DNA of 54,567 bases from Candidatus Bathyarchaeota archaeon (GCA_026015035.1 JAOZHB010000050.1:1-54567), one strand, 5' to 3'; counted from the stretch's first letter, positions 29,745-40,615 are shown. Notes: generated by a model from the letters alone, not told the origin. A program made the numbers and translations.

Positions 29745-31727
29745 CTAGAGATAAGTCTTGAACCAGCGGATGATGTGGTTGAGGCGCTCCTCTCGATGCT
29801 TTAGTTTGCCTTCGCGCGACAGCCCGTGATGCTCGCCGGGAAATCGTACCAGCTCTGTGGGCACGCCAAGGAACTTTAAGGCGGTGTAGAATTGCTCGGC
29901 TTGCTCCATGGGGCACCGATAGTCCTCCTCGGAGTGGATGATGAGGGTGGGCGTTTTAACGTTTTCAACGTAGCGGATGGGGGACTTCGCTAGGTACGCC
30001 TCCACGTCGCTCCAGGGGACACTCCCACCCATCTCCCACTTGCCGAAGGTCCAGCCGATGTCGCTGCACCCAAACATGCTTATCCAGTTGGAGATGCTTC
30101 GCATCGTCACCGCTGCCTTAAAACGGTCCGTGTGGGTCACGATCCAGTTGGTCATAAATCCACCGTAACTCCCGCCTAGAACGCCTAGCCGTTGGGCGTC
30201 GATGAAATCGTAGTGTTGTAAGACGTAGTCAACCGCCTCCATGAGGTCCCCGTAGTCCTGTTCACCATAGTGGCCTGGTAGACCGGCTTGAAAGGCCTCT
30301 TCGTAGCCCCCACTCCCATAGGGATTCGTGTAAAGGATGACCCACCCTTGGGCGGCAAGGACCTGGAACTCGTGCATGAAGCTGAAGCCATAGACGCCCC
30401 TGGGCCCTCCATGGATCTCCAACAGCAGAGGATACTTTGCACCCTCCTCGAATTTCGGTGGCTTCATCAACCACCCCTCGACGGTGTGCCCCGCCGACGA
30501 CGTGAAGGAGAATCGTTCGCTTCCACAGACTTCGAGGCGTCGAATCCAGCGTCTGTTGAAGGCGGTAAGCGCGCGCTTCGCACCGGCCGTCTTCACCCAC
30601 AGCTCGATGGGAGTGGTGGTCTGGAGCACCGTATACGCTATCGACTCGTCACGGGAGAGACTCCAGGCTTCCACGCTGTGGTCGATGTCCCCCAAGACCT
30701 TTTCGACGTCTCCACCTCTTCGAGGAACCCGGTACAGGCTCACGATCCCTCCGTAGGCCGAGGTGAAGTAGAGGGCTTCGCCATCTGGTGACCACTGGGG
30801 ATTCTGATTGGGGGTTGTCACGCGCACATCGCAGGACAAGGAGGTCCCGATGGATTGGTCGAATCCTCGGGTGAGGTTCTCCGATGCTCCCCCCGTGGCT
30901 GGGACGATCCAGAGGTCCTGATTTGTGGCGAGTCCCCGGCGATAGTCATGTCCGATGTAGGCTAACTCATCCCTCTGGGGGGATGGTTTGAGGGACGTGA
31001 TGGTTCGGCGCCCCTCCGTCAGCGGCTCCGGTGCATCCCCGTTCACGGAGACGACGTAGATGTACTTGTCCCTAGTCAGGTCGGCGTCTGCGTTAAGGTT
31101 GCTGATGAAGGCGATCCGCTGATCATGGCCAAGCCATTCCGCGGCGTCGATGTCATAGGCCCCTCGCGTCACCTGCTTCGGCCTGCCCCCCTTCGCGGAG
31201 ATGGTGAAAAGGTGGTTTCGCCGTCCATTAAAAAAGCCCTTGGCGTTGAATCGGTACATCAGACGCGTAACCACTTTCACATCTGCCTTCGGCTTCTTTC
31301 TCTCTGGGACGAGGGACGTGAAGATAAAGCGCCTACCGCGGGGGGACCACCGGGGGTTCTGAACGCCCCCCTCGATGTCAGTTAGCTGCTCCGCCTCACC
31401 GCCTGCGAGCCTGATGACGAAGAGCTGCGCCTTCTTCTCGTCGTCAGCCCCCTTGTTTGGAGGTGTGGAGGTGAAGAGAAGGCATACTCCATCGGGAGAC
31501 CACCGTGGATATCGATCTTTTCCCCGTCCTGACGTGAATTGAATTAACTCACCTGATTTGCAGTCAGCGAGCCACAGGTTACTCACATAGTCGTTTGCCT
31601 TGTGGTCGACGGTGGTGTGGACGAAGGCGATGCGCCTACCGTCCGGCGAGATCTGGGGATCGGAGACCATGCGAAAACGTCTGAGGCTCGTGACGTCCAT
31701 CCGTTTACTAGACATAGAAACACCCAT
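29745..31727 (-). CDS. S9 family acylaminoacyl/prolyl oligopeptidase
   Basis: PD40-like repeats, IHGGP, GGSYGG, DYRC, EHH. Confidence 0.95.
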   Translation of the reverse strand: MGVSMSSKRMDVTSLRRFRMVSDPQISPDGRRIAFVHTTVDHKANDYVSNLWLADCKSGELIQFTSGRGKDRYPRWSPDGVCLLFTSTPPNKGADDEKKAQLFVIRLAGGEAEQLTDIEGGVQNPRWSPRGRRFIFTSLVPERKKPKADVKVVTRLMYRFNAKGFFNGRRNHLFTISAKGGRPKQVTRGAYDIDAAEWLGHDQRIAFISNLNADADLTRDKYIYVVSVNGDAPEPLTEGRRTITSLKPSPQRDELAYIGHDYRRGLATNQDLWIVPATGGASENLTRGFDQSIGTSLSCDVRVTTPNQNPQWSPDGEALYFTSAYGGIVSLYRVPRRGGDVEKVLGDIDHSVEAWSLSRDESIAYTVLQTTTPIELWVKTAGAKRALTAFNRRWIRRLEVCGSERFSFTSSAGHTVEGWLMKPPKFEEGAKYPLLLEIHGGPRGVYGFSFMHEFQVLAAQGWVILYTNPYGSGGYEEAFQAGLPGHYGEQDYGDLMEAVDYVLQHYDFIDAQRLGVLGGSYGGFMTNWIVTHTDRFKAAVTMRSISNWISMFGCSDIGWTFGKWEMGGSVPWSDVEAYLAKSPIRYVENVKTPTLIIHSEEDYRCPMEQAEQFYTALKFLGVPTELVRFPGEHHGLSREGKLKHREERLNHIIRWFKTYL

Positions 31728-31826
31728 AGATCGAAGGGCATGTCAAGCATATAAATTCGTGGGGGAAGCGTGCCACGGATGAACCGTTTTCCCCCTAAAA
31801 GCCTCAAACCTCGTTCCCTCGAAAGG

Positions 31827-32537
31827 TCAGTCCATCCGATAGTTGAGTGTAACGCAGTCGAAGGTTCTATCAAGGACGGTCACCAGATCCGCGATGCTGT
31901 CCACCACCACATCGGGGTTCTCTAGTACAATCGTTTCCACCGGGTAGGGGCCGGTTAGTACGGCTGCTGTTTTTGCTCCCGCAGTCTTCCCCGCTTTGAC
32001 GTCGTTAGGGCTGTCGCCAACCATCAGACACTGTTCAATCGGAACCTCCAATCTTTCAGCCGCCAAAGTTAGGGCGTTGGGTGCAGGCTTCACCTGAGCG
32101 ACGTCCTCACGACCCACGACGGTGTCGATGTACGGGTGTAGCTTGAACTTGTCCAGCTCTTCGTTAATGACTCGTCGGCGTCTTCGACTGACAATCGCCG
32201 TTAAAAGCTTCATCGTTCTCAAGGCCTGGAGCGTCTTGACTGCTCCGGGTAGCAGGGTGGAGTGCTTCAAGTGGATCTTAAAAAACTTCTCAAAGTACTC
32301 TCTCCCGATCTCAGTCATTAGCCTGTCTACATCCGTGTTAGCAGGAGCAATGTTCGTAACCACCACTCGCCAGCTGGTATCCCAGTTCGCCAGCATCTCG
32401 CGGTAACTTACGGGACGAAGGCCGTGTCGTGTCAGGGTGTCGTTGAAAGCGAGGTGAGACGCCCGCTTCATGTTGATGAGGGTGTCATCAAGATCCAAGA
32501 AAATTGCTCGAACCTGATGACGCGAAACAGTCCCCAT
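31827..32537 (-). CDS. HAD hydrolase (phosphoglycolate phosphatase-like)
   Basis: DLDDTL, KPAP, VGDS..D. Confidence 0.9.
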   Translation of the reverse strand: MGTVSRHQVRAIFLDLDDTLINMKRASHLAFNDTLTRHGLRPVSYREMLANWDTSWRVVVTNIAPANTDVDRLMTEIGREYFEKFFKIHLKHSTLLPGAVKTLQALRTMKLLTAIVSRRRRRVINEELDKFKLHPYIDTVVGREDVAQVKPAPNALTLAAERLEVPIEQCLMVGDSPNDVKAGKTAGAKTAAVLTGPYPVETIVLENPDVVVDSIADLVTVLDRTFDCVTLNYRMD

Positions 32538-32750
32538 TATCGGTCACCTGAAGGCTAGGAGGCGATCATCCATCGAGATCGCCGCGTCGACTGGCTAACC
32601 TCCCTGTCCTGTAAAACCACGCTCAACCGCTACCCTCGCAATAGACTTCTGCAGAAGCCAGCGTGTCGGCGTTCCATATCCTCAGCGGAGTACCCTCCAA
32701 ACAAGGCACCTTCATCTTCGGAAGGGCGGTTGTCGCAGTGGCTCCCCCGC

Positions 32751-33722
32751 TCATAGACGGGACATCACCGTTTCAGCTATCAGCTCCAACTCCGGCTCCT
32801 GGAGTAGACTGAACCCAGTGATGGTGAAGTAGGTTACGCCCATGTCCACGTATTCCTCTACCTTCCGCAGACACACCTCAGGTGTCCCCACAATATTTGC
32901 CTGCACGTAGTCCTCCATAGCCATTCGCTTTGGCTTGATCCTCTGTGTCTTCTTCGCGAGAGCGTCTTTGGACGCAGCTATAATGAAGTCGCCTGTCCAG
33001 GAGAGTTCAATCTCGTCGAAGCTTCGTCCAACTCGCTTACAGTGCTGCCTGAGAATATCCCGTTTACGGGCGTACGCTGCTGGAGAGCCCCCGAAGTTAC
33101 AGATGTCCGCGCACTCTGCGACCACCCGCAGCGTCAACTGTTCGCCGCCGCCACCGACCATTATGGGGGGATGCGGCTTCTGGACGGGCTTTGGCTCGCA
33201 GATCGCGTCTCGGATAGTGTAATACGTTCCTTGGAAGCTCGCGCGGTCAAGCGTCCACATCCGCTTGATGACGTCGAGGGCTTCTCTGAGTTGGGCGATT
33301 CGGACAGCGGGCTTAGGGAAGGGGATGTCATACTGGGTGAATTCGTCTGCCAGCCACCCCGAGCCGATGCCTAACTCAAATCGACCGCCAGAAATCACGT
33401 CGAGGGTGGAGGACATCTTGGCCAGGAGTTGAGGATACCGAAAGGCGTTACACAGAACTAGGTTACCAAGCCGAATCCGCGTTGTGATGGCCGCCAGGGC
33501 CGAAAGAACGGTCCAGCCTTCCAAGATGTATCCCCCTTCACCCCGTACGAGGTGGTCGTTTGAGAAGACCGAGTGATAGCCTAATCGCTCAGCGGTTAAA
33601 GCCAAGTTCTTCACGACTTCATAAGCCACAGGTCGACCGCCCTCGATGTTGGAGCCCCGAGGGCTCGTACGCCAATCCCACGTGGGGAGGACAAAACTAA
33701 ATTTAATCAGTTGCATACTCAA
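32751..33722 (-). CDS. LLM-class (F420-dependent) oxidoreductase
   Basis: AERLGYHS...DH, LDVISGGRFELGIGSGW, PVQKPHPPIMVGG. Confidence 0.93.
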   Translation of the reverse strand: MSMQLIKFSFVLPTWDWRTSPRGSNIEGGRPVAYEVVKNLALTAERLGYHSVFSNDHLVRGEGGYILEGWTVLSALAAITTRIRLGNLVLCNAFRYPQLLAKMSSTLDVISGGRFELGIGSGWLADEFTQYDIPFPKPAVRIAQLREALDVIKRMWTLDRASFQGTYYTIRDAICEPKPVQKPHPPIMVGGGGEQLTLRVVAECADICNFGGSPAAYARKRDILRQHCKRVGRSFDEIELSWTGDFIIAASKDALAKKTQRIKPKRMAMEDYVQANIVGTPEVCLRKVEEYVDMGVTYFTITGFSLLQEPELELIAETVMSRL

Positions 33723-33811
33723 ACCAGCCTCTTATCGCGCATTATGTTATGAGGGGGAGAGTATCATGCAGCTCTCTATAAGGTCTTTTCGATACCTCGT
33801 CACCCATCCAG

Positions 33812-35089
33812 CTAGCTAGTTGGTTCTAGATTGACTCCTTGATTAACGAGTACGTCCTGTAGAAGAGAGACGTTCTCAAGGAGACTCCTCGGTGTAAGTC
33901 CTTTTTTGACCGATAGAGCCGCTGCTGAACCCGCTGCCTGACCCATCGCCATACACGGACCGATCTCCCTCGTAACGACTTGAGATTCCGCGTCTGTTGA
34001 GATACATCTCCCAGCGACGAGGAGGTTATCGATTCCCTTGGGAATAAGGCATCGGTAAGGGATCTGGTAGACGTCGGTAGTACTATTCGATACCGGGCAC
34101 GTCGCGATGTTGTCCATGAATCGTGTTTGATGTTTCAGATCGTCTATTGTAAGGACGTATTCGCCCGTGATTAACCTGCTCCGCCTCGTCCCTATCTGGG
34201 GACAGACATCAAGAAGATACGCTTTCTCGAATCCGGGTACATTTTTCGTGAAGAAGTCTAACGCTTTCATGATTTTCTTCCTGCCCTCGATCTCACAGTA
34301 GGTCAGGTCTTCTGCCTTGATGGCGTCGCATCCTATGAAGGATGCCCAGTGACAGTAGATCACGTTCTCCCTGCCGGTGGGTCTCCAGTTACTTCCAATA
34401 CGCCACTTCCTCGTGACACTGGGCGGAATTAACACGTTCATCTTGTACAGTTGTTCAAGGAAGCGAGTATACGTCTCAGGATTCTCTGTTCGGAAGCGGT
34501 TAACTCTATCAATGTCAACACCGCCCACCCGATTCATGACGGTAATCGGCAATACCTCCTCGGTGTACTCAGCTCCAGAAAACGCGGCGATGTCTCCATC
34601 TCCCGTGGCATCAACAACCGTCTTAGCCAATATGGCTTGTCTGCCGGACTTGCTCTCCGTGATCACGCCTTTAACTGTGTCATCCTCGACGATGGAGTTG
34701 ACAGCCCAGGTGTGCAGAAGCATCTTTACCCCTGAACGCTCTACCATCTCGTTAGCGACAAACTTATGAATCTCGGCATCGATGTTTGGGTTTATTGTTC
34801 CTTTGCGCCAGGTGACGCCACCCAACAAAATCGACCGCTCAATAACCTCCTGAGGAATGCCAAAGATGATCTGCTTCTCTGAATCGGCCATTAAGTCGAT
34901 ATAGATCACCTGGGTTCCAGTGGCCATTCCTCCCAAGTATCCGTAGCGCTCGACAAGGAGGGTTTCAGCTCCGTTTCGAGCAGCAGCCACAGCAGCAACA
35001 TAGCCTGCCGGGCCTCCACCAACGACGACGACATCTGGCTCAGCAATCACTGGTAATTCCTTACTTGGTTCAAAGATTGTTTTCACCAT
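33812..35089 (-). CDS. FAD-dependent oxidoreductase
   Basis: VVGGGPAG, DATGDGD, IPYRCLIP, AGRCIS. Confidence 0.9.
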   Translation of the reverse strand: MVKTIFEPSKELPVIAEPDVVVVGGGPAGYVAAVAAARNGAETLLVERYGYLGGMATGTQVIYIDLMADSEKQIIFGIPQEVIERSILLGGVTWRKGTINPNIDAEIHKFVANEMVERSGVKMLLHTWAVNSIVEDDTVKGVITESKSGRQAILAKTVVDATGDGDIAAFSGAEYTEEVLPITVMNRVGGVDIDRVNRFRTENPETYTRFLEQLYKMNVLIPPSVTRKWRIGSNWRPTGRENVIYCHWASFIGCDAIKAEDLTYCEIEGRKKIMKALDFFTKNVPGFEKAYLLDVCPQIGTRRSRLITGEYVLTIDDLKHQTRFMDNIATCPVSNSTTDVYQIPYRCLIPKGIDNLLVAGRCISTDAESQVVTREIGPCMAMGQAAGSAAALSVKKGLTPRSLLENVSLLQDVLVNQGVNLEPTS

Positions 35090-35566
35090 AATTCCCTCTA
35101 CCTACGCGTTTCCTTGCGTCATATGGAGAAAAGTAATGCGTATTAGGTATTTTGATTTTTTCCTTGTATTTTAGCGAGCTGGTCAGCATGAGCCAGTTCC
35201 GCCGTGGGTCTCATTAGTGTTGTTCAGGCATTCGTTCGATCAGCTAGCTAGCAACAACCCACCAACGAGTTAGCACCTAAACAACACTTTTCTTGTATGT
35301 CTACTATCTAACAGGTTTATTTGGTCAGCCTCTATCAACTGGCTGAAGAATTTAGTTTAGACAGAACTCACGTTCTGTAGAGCCAGTTCAGGCGCACCTC
35401 CATTTCCCAGTAAAGTGAGAACCGTAAACTACTTGTTAGGATAAGCTAGCTAGCTTCTTCCGTTTTATGAGACGGGGCTTGGAGTGTTGTTTAGCTAGCT
35501 ATTTTAAAACGATCACATTACTCATGCCACGTCGTCTCCTCTCTAAAATATTCCTCGCGCGCGCGC

Positions 35567-35666
35567 AACTCGTCAAAGTGAAGTCAGGCGAATACGAAAA
35601 TGTGGTTGTGGGATTCATAGGCAAAATCACAAAGATCACCAGCAAAGGTGTAAGAGAGCTGGAAGA
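35567..35666 (+). pseudogene. Short protein-like fragment (possibly a winged-helix C-terminus) between two (CG)n palindromes
   Basis: LVKVKSGEYENVVVGFIGKITKITSKGVRELEE bounded by CGCGCGCGCGC (35556) and GGCGCGCGCGCC (35667). Confidence 0.35.
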
Positions 35667-35864
35667 GGCGCGCGCGCCCTTTTCTTTTTGAGAAATCATT
35701 TTACAACTAAGTCCTGAATTGTATCTTTCACAGATGTTGATGGTAAATTGCATCGTTGAGAGATTTCACCTATCGAGAGTGTATCCTTGCCAGCGCGTGC
35801 GCTAGTAATCTTAATATATCGAACTCAATTTCTTCCCTCTACTCGTTGAGGGTGTCTGTTTCAG

Positions 35865-37112
35865 TTGAGGTTTATCGATGAATTCAAAGACTTCTGGCGT
35901 AGACAGTCAAGGAACTATAAAGTATTTCTTGCTAGAGACACTATGGCTCGTCTCTTCGGTGCGGGAGGGGGGCCTTTTGTCGGTGGCGAATACTGGTCTG
36001 TATTTATCAGACGTTTAGGCGCGACTACAGTTGAGATGGGATTAATCAGCAGCATTAGCAGTGCCATAAACATGTTGCTCGCAATTCCTTCTGGTTGGCT
36101 GACGGATCGCACAAGTAACTTGAAAAGGCTTTATATTTTTGGAAGGTTATTATCCTTACCTACTGGTTTGCTTCGCTTTCTCGCAAAGACTTGGCCCTTT
36201 TGTATCCTGATAAGTGGTTGGGAAGCTATATCGGGAAGAATTATGAGTCCGTCTTCAGAGATTATTTTGATAAGATCTCTTAGCAATATGGATCGTATCA
36301 AAGGTTTATCATTACGTGATACTATTACTTCCATTATCGGAATTGCTGGTCCTTTGATCTCGGCCCTCGTTATCACTTATTTTGGTGGTTTGGAGTCAGC
36401 CGACAGCATCAGACCACTCTTCCTAATTCAATTTGTAGTCGGTATCTTCATCTTTGCATTTGAAGCTACTCAATTACAAGAAGTTAAATTAACTCGTGTA
36501 AAGCGTAGTGCTGGGATTGTAAGCCACCTCTTTAGCATGTTTAGAGAAGCGCCCATTCTTAGTCTACATTTACTCAGAGAGTGTGTAATGACTTTTACGT
36601 GGCAGCTTACGATGCCCTTTATGGGAATATACTTGGTTGACGTGAAAGGGGCTGACCAATTTATATTGGGTTGGAGGGGAACCATCGCTACAGCTGTCCC
36701 GGTGTTCTTTTCAATACCAGCTGGTTACTTAGCTGAAAGGGTTGGTAGAAGAAGGCTTGCCTATTATACTCGTTTCACTGGGTGGATGGGAACTTTAATC
36801 ACTATTTTCACTCCTCGAACACACCCAGAGTTCCTCATAGTTGCTAGCGCATTACAAAGTATGTTAATAACGATGTTTATAGGTTGGACGGCTTTCAGGC
36901 AAGAATCAATCCCTTTACAGGCAAGAGGACGGTGGTCTGGCATAAATATATTAATGAATGGACTGGTCGGCATCATCACCCCGATTGTAGGTGGTATAAT
37001 CTGGAACCTCAACCCTGATTACCTGTGGTGGATAGGTTTATTCTGTGATGCTTTCATCGTTCTACCAGTAATGATCGTTATAGGACACAAAGTCTCAAAA
37101 ACTGAGATATAG
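35865..37112 (+). CDS. MFS transporter
   Basis: Multiple TM helices, GWLTDR and GYLAERVGRR motif A. Confidence 0.9.
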   Translation: MRFIDEFKDFWRRQSRNYKVFLARDTMARLFGAGGGPFVGGEYWSVFIRRLGATTVEMGLISSISSAINMLLAIPSGWLTDRTSNLKRLYIFGRLLSLPTGLLRFLAKTWPFCILISGWEAISGRIMSPSSEIILIRSLSNMDRIKGLSLRDTITSIIGIAGPLISALVITYFGGLESADSIRPLFLIQFVVGIFIFAFEATQLQEVKLTRVKRSAGIVSHLFSMFREAPILSLHLLRECVMTFTWQLTMPFMGIYLVDVKGADQFILGWRGTIATAVPVFFSIPAGYLAERVGRRRLAYYTRFTGWMGTLITIFTPRTHPEFLIVASALQSMLITMFIGWTAFRQESIPLQARGRWSGINILMNGLVGIITPIVGGIIWNLNPDYLWWIGLFCDAFIVLPVMIVIGHKVSKTEI

Positions 37113-37436
37113 CGCGCGCAGTCTCTAACTTGAAAAAGTGGAAACGATGGATCATTCCCATCACTGAGGCTACTGAGTAGCGCGCGCAATTTTCGTCTTC
37201 TAATTGTCATTCATTTCCCCTATCTTTTGAGTGATATTGTACCATACTAACATGAAGCAGCGTTTAGTTCTTTGTTTAAAACTAGTTTAAAATAGCTAGC
37301 ATGCACTCGAAGCATCAGTGAACATATACCTGTTTATGCTGAAATTGGTAGTTAACTACTAAACCCCGTCTAGATTGTAAATTCATAAACTCCAAAAATA
37401 CATTAACTCAAACAACAACTCAGGGATACGCCTATT

Positions 37437-37580
37437 ATGCTTGAATATGTTCGCGGTGAAGCTTGCGAAGAATGTGAAGGGCTTCTTGCCAAAGACTCAG
37501 AGACAGGAGAAGTCGTTTGCATTAAATGTGGACTGGTTCAAAGCATCGAGAAAAAACAGTTTATCGAATCCATCATCTAA
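37437..37580 (+). CDS. TFIIB-type zinc-ribbon microprotein (47 aa)
   Basis: Manually translated: CEEC...D.ETGEVVCIKCGLV. Confidence 0.7.
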   Translation: MLEYVRGEACEECEGLLAKDSETGEVVCIKCGLVQSIEKKQFIESII

Positions 37581-37736
37581 TTAGCCAGCCATTAGCGCGC
37601 GCTAGTTTCAATCTCTCCAAGCTAACTTCTATTTTGAAGTCTTAACTCCCAGAACCGCCTATTGCTCTTCGAATTGCGCGCGCGATGCTATTTAAATAGA
37701 TGACCCGTAGCTATTCTAGCTCAGAGGAGGAATATC

Positions 37737-38600
37737 ATGAAGTTTGTATTCTATAACGACTTTCAGCCGGGACTACTCAAAGGCAGCCAAGTCATAGACA
37801 TTAAGGATTTGTTGAAGGACATTGACGCCCCTACTCCCCAGCTCCTCTTGGAAGACGTCATCACAACGTTTGAAGAACTCAAACCCAGTCTGGAGAAGGC
37901 TCTTGATGAGAGCGAGGGGATACCGCTTCAAAGTGTCCGACTTAGACCTCCCGTACCCAAGCCAGGTCTATTGCTGTGCTGTATCGGCGGTTATAAGGAA
38001 GGAGAAGGAAAAATGAATCCTCTGGATTTCTTCCTAAAAGGTTGGACGTCCATCATTGGCCCAGGAGACACGATAGTGCTTCCGCCAGCTCAGGCTAAAA
38101 TATTCAACCATGAAGCGGAACTAGGTGTTATCATCGGCAAGAAAACAAAGAACGTTTCACGCGATGAAGCCATGGATAGCGTCTTTGGATACACCACCTT
38201 TAACGATATCTCCGCTCGTGGTGTCCCTGATACGAGAGGTTTCTGGCCGCAGAAGTCGTTTGATACGTTTGGGCCTATGGGGCCAGTGTTGGTAACGAAA
38301 GATGAAATCCCTGATCCACACAGCCTGGACATCAAGCTCCGGGTAAACGGTATGATCCGTCAGAACTACAACACAGATGACATGAGCTACGACATACCGG
38401 AGAAGATCAGTTTCCTGTCCGATATCTGCACCCTCAGCCCGGGGGACTTCATTGCCTGTGGGACGAACCATCACGGGTTAGGACCCCTTCAGGATGGGGA
38501 TGTCGTGATTATCGAGATAGAGAGAATCGGTCGGATGACCGTCAACATCAAGGACCCCTTGAAGCGAACGTGGAATGTGGAAGAGAACATTCGACCCTAA
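37737..38600 (+). CDS. Fumarylacetoacetate hydrolase-family protein
   Basis: HEAELGVIIGK, NDISAR, KSFDTFGPMGP, PGDFIACGT. Confidence 0.93.
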   Translation: MKFVFYNDFQPGLLKGSQVIDIKDLLKDIDAPTPQLLLEDVITTFEELKPSLEKALDESEGIPLQSVRLRPPVPKPGLLLCCIGGYKEGEGKMNPLDFFLKGWTSIIGPGDTIVLPPAQAKIFNHEAELGVIIGKKTKNVSRDEAMDSVFGYTTFNDISARGVPDTRGFWPQKSFDTFGPMGPVLVTKDEIPDPHSLDIKLRVNGMIRQNYNTDDMSYDIPEKISFLSDICTLSPGDFIACGTNHHGLGPLQDGDVVIIEIERIGRMTVNIKDPLKRTWNVEENIRP

Positions 38601-38786
38601 ACCCCTTTTTAACGCTGGCGCTAAGACGCGCGTGCTATCCTGTTAACGTGTTCTAGCTAGCTGTTTACGGTCTCATTAAATGGTGATGAATAGAGCTATA
38701 CGACTACTTCAACAGACGATTCTTGGTTCCTCTGCTTAGCTAGCTAGATGAGGCATACTACCTTTTAGAACAGCGTACGCTAACCC

Positions 38787-39944
38787 TCATGCTGTTGCTG
38801 TAATTACAGAGCCGTCCGCTCTCAGATCGGTAAGCCGGACGTCGATTCCTCTGCTGCGACGGGGATACCTGTCGATGTACTTGTCAATAAGTTCGACCCC
38901 GATCCCCGGCACGTCCGGAACGATCAAGTATCCCTTCTCGAACTTGACTGAAGACTTCACCGCATCAGGGTATCGGTTAAAGCCTCCTGCTTCTTGGATG
39001 CTGAAGTTGGAGATACAGGCGTCGATTTGGACGCCAGCCGCGGTGCTGACGGCGGAGAGCGGGTTGTGTGGCGCGTAGCCTACATAGTGCGCTTCAGCCA
39101 TCCCCGCGATCTTCTTGGCGACGGAGATTCCCCCTGCGATGCACAGATCGACTCGAGCAAACTGACAGGCGTTTTTCGTGAAGAGCTGTTGGAACTCGTA
39201 GATCGTCATCAACCGTTCGCCGGTAGCGATGGGGATGTTGATCTTCGAGGCTACGTAGGCCATGGCGTCAAAGTTGTCGGGTGGTATCGGGTCCTCATAG
39301 AAGTACGGTCGATACTTCTCGATTTCCACGCCTAGGGAGATGGCGTCTGCGGGTTCGAGTTGCCGATGGATCTCAATACATAAATCCACATCATCGCCAA
39401 CCGCCTCCCGGTAAATACCGACGCGGTTAGCCGCTTCCTTTAACATTCGTGCTCGATTCATCTCCGTCAACTCGATCGTGCGCCTTGTCCCTTTCTCCAG
39501 AAGAAATGGTGAGAGATGCCCCATGGCCGTAAAGCCCTGTCTCACCCTCTCCTTCAGGTTTTTCACATATTCCTCGGTCGTTGCCCCTGACACGCCTACG
39601 TATACGCGACACTTGTCTCGGGTCTTGCCTCCAAGCAGCTGGTAGACAGGCGCGTCGAAGTGCTTGCCGGCTATGTCCCAGAGCGCGATGTCGAGAGCGC
39701 TTATGGCTCCCATGACAGCAGAGCCTCGAAAGTGGCTGTTCCGGTACATGTACTGCCAATGATGTTCGATTCGCAGGGGGTCCTTCCCGATCAGGTACTT
39801 GCCCAACAGCTTCACTGTGGCTTCCACGGCTTCCTGGTAGGCCCAGGTCCCCGATTCACCTAATCCCGTGATCCCTTCGTCGGTCGTGATCCTCACATAA
39901 AGCGCGGATCCGACCCAGATCGTCTCGATATTCGTTATTTTCAT
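38787..39944 (-). CDS. Galactonate dehydratase-like enolase-superfamily protein
   Basis: MKITNIET start, DIALWDIAGK, EIH, EDP, TGER, PHNP. Confidence 0.9.
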   Translation of the reverse strand: MKITNIETIWVGSALYVRITTDEGITGLGESGTWAYQEAVEATVKLLGKYLIGKDPLRIEHHWQYMYRNSHFRGSAVMGAISALDIALWDIAGKHFDAPVYQLLGGKTRDKCRVYVGVSGATTEEYVKNLKERVRQGFTAMGHLSPFLLEKGTRRTIELTEMNRARMLKEAANRVGIYREAVGDDVDLCIEIHRQLEPADAISLGVEIEKYRPYFYEDPIPPDNFDAMAYVASKINIPIATGERLMTIYEFQQLFTKNACQFARVDLCIAGGISVAKKIAGMAEAHYVGYAPHNPLSAVSTAAGVQIDACISNFSIQEAGGFNRYPDAVKSSVKFEKGYLIVPDVPGIGVELIDKYIDRYPRRSRGIDVRLTDLRADGSVITATA

Positions 39945-40261
39945 ATCAAGCCTTCCTTCCATTCGATGGGAAAAAATACTAAAAAATGAGCATTTAAAGC
40001 TAGCTACATCGATAGCAGGCGCTAAGAGAGGTAAAAAAATATGACAGAAAAAATGCCTGATAATATGAAGCGCTGGCGCTAAAGAACGCTGCTTGGCAAT
40101 TTTGGCAGATCGGTTTTCCCCCAGATATCCTCGATAGGATTGCTCAGAAATTTGTTGAAGAAGCACAAAAAGCGTTAACCGATAAGGGCTTTAAAAGTCC
40201 TCAGGAAATGATTGCTGCTTACGGTACCAAACCATCATAATTTTTTTGTTAGCTAGCTAGA

Positions 40262-40501
40262 TTATTTTAGCACGCGTGCATACGCTTCAGCTTGTGCACG
40301 CAAGTATAATGCTTTAAGCCGCGTAGACTTCTGTCGTGAATGAGGATAGACGTTGTGACAAAGGGGGATAGCTACGTGCACTTGTTCCACATCGCCACGT
40401 GTAGGCATCTCAGCCTTTCGCCATTGCTCCAGTAGCCGACGCATGAATCCTGCTAACAGATCCTTGGTTGATAGTTTCCTTGCTTTCATGACCTTTATCA
40501 C
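40262..40501 (-). CDS. Small hypothetical protein divergent from the HTH-10 regulator
   Basis: ORF with GGTGA RBS before ATG; 3' end runs into a palindrome. Confidence 0.35.
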   Translation of the reverse strand: MIKVMKARKLSTKDLLAGFMRRLLEQWRKAEMPTRGDVEQVHVAIPLCHNVYPHSRQKSTRLKALYLRAQAEAYARVLK

Positions 40502-40525
40502 CTACTTTACTGGTAGACTGCGGAC

Positions 40526-40581
40526 GCACATGACATTTGCGCCAGCACATGACGGGTTTACGCTCCCAGCACGTGACGGGT
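40526..40581 (+). promoter_or_regulatory. Direct-repeat operator candidate
   Basis: CCAGCACATGACGGGT (40542-40557), CCAGCACGTGACGGGT (40566-40581), partial GCACATGAC (40526-40534), followed by TATATATA. Confidence 0.55.
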
Positions 40582-40615
40582 CAACATATATATATGTAGA
40601 CGATGATGTCATCTC

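Noticed and set aside
30568-30579. AAGCGCGCGCTT inside the S9 peptidase gene
   Set aside because: Lies in an intact reading frame (K-R-A-L); treated as a chance or coding copy, not a junction
39945-40166. N-terminal extension of ORF 38787-40166
   Set aside because: Runs through palindromes and the duplicated fragment; the family-typical start MKIT is at 39944
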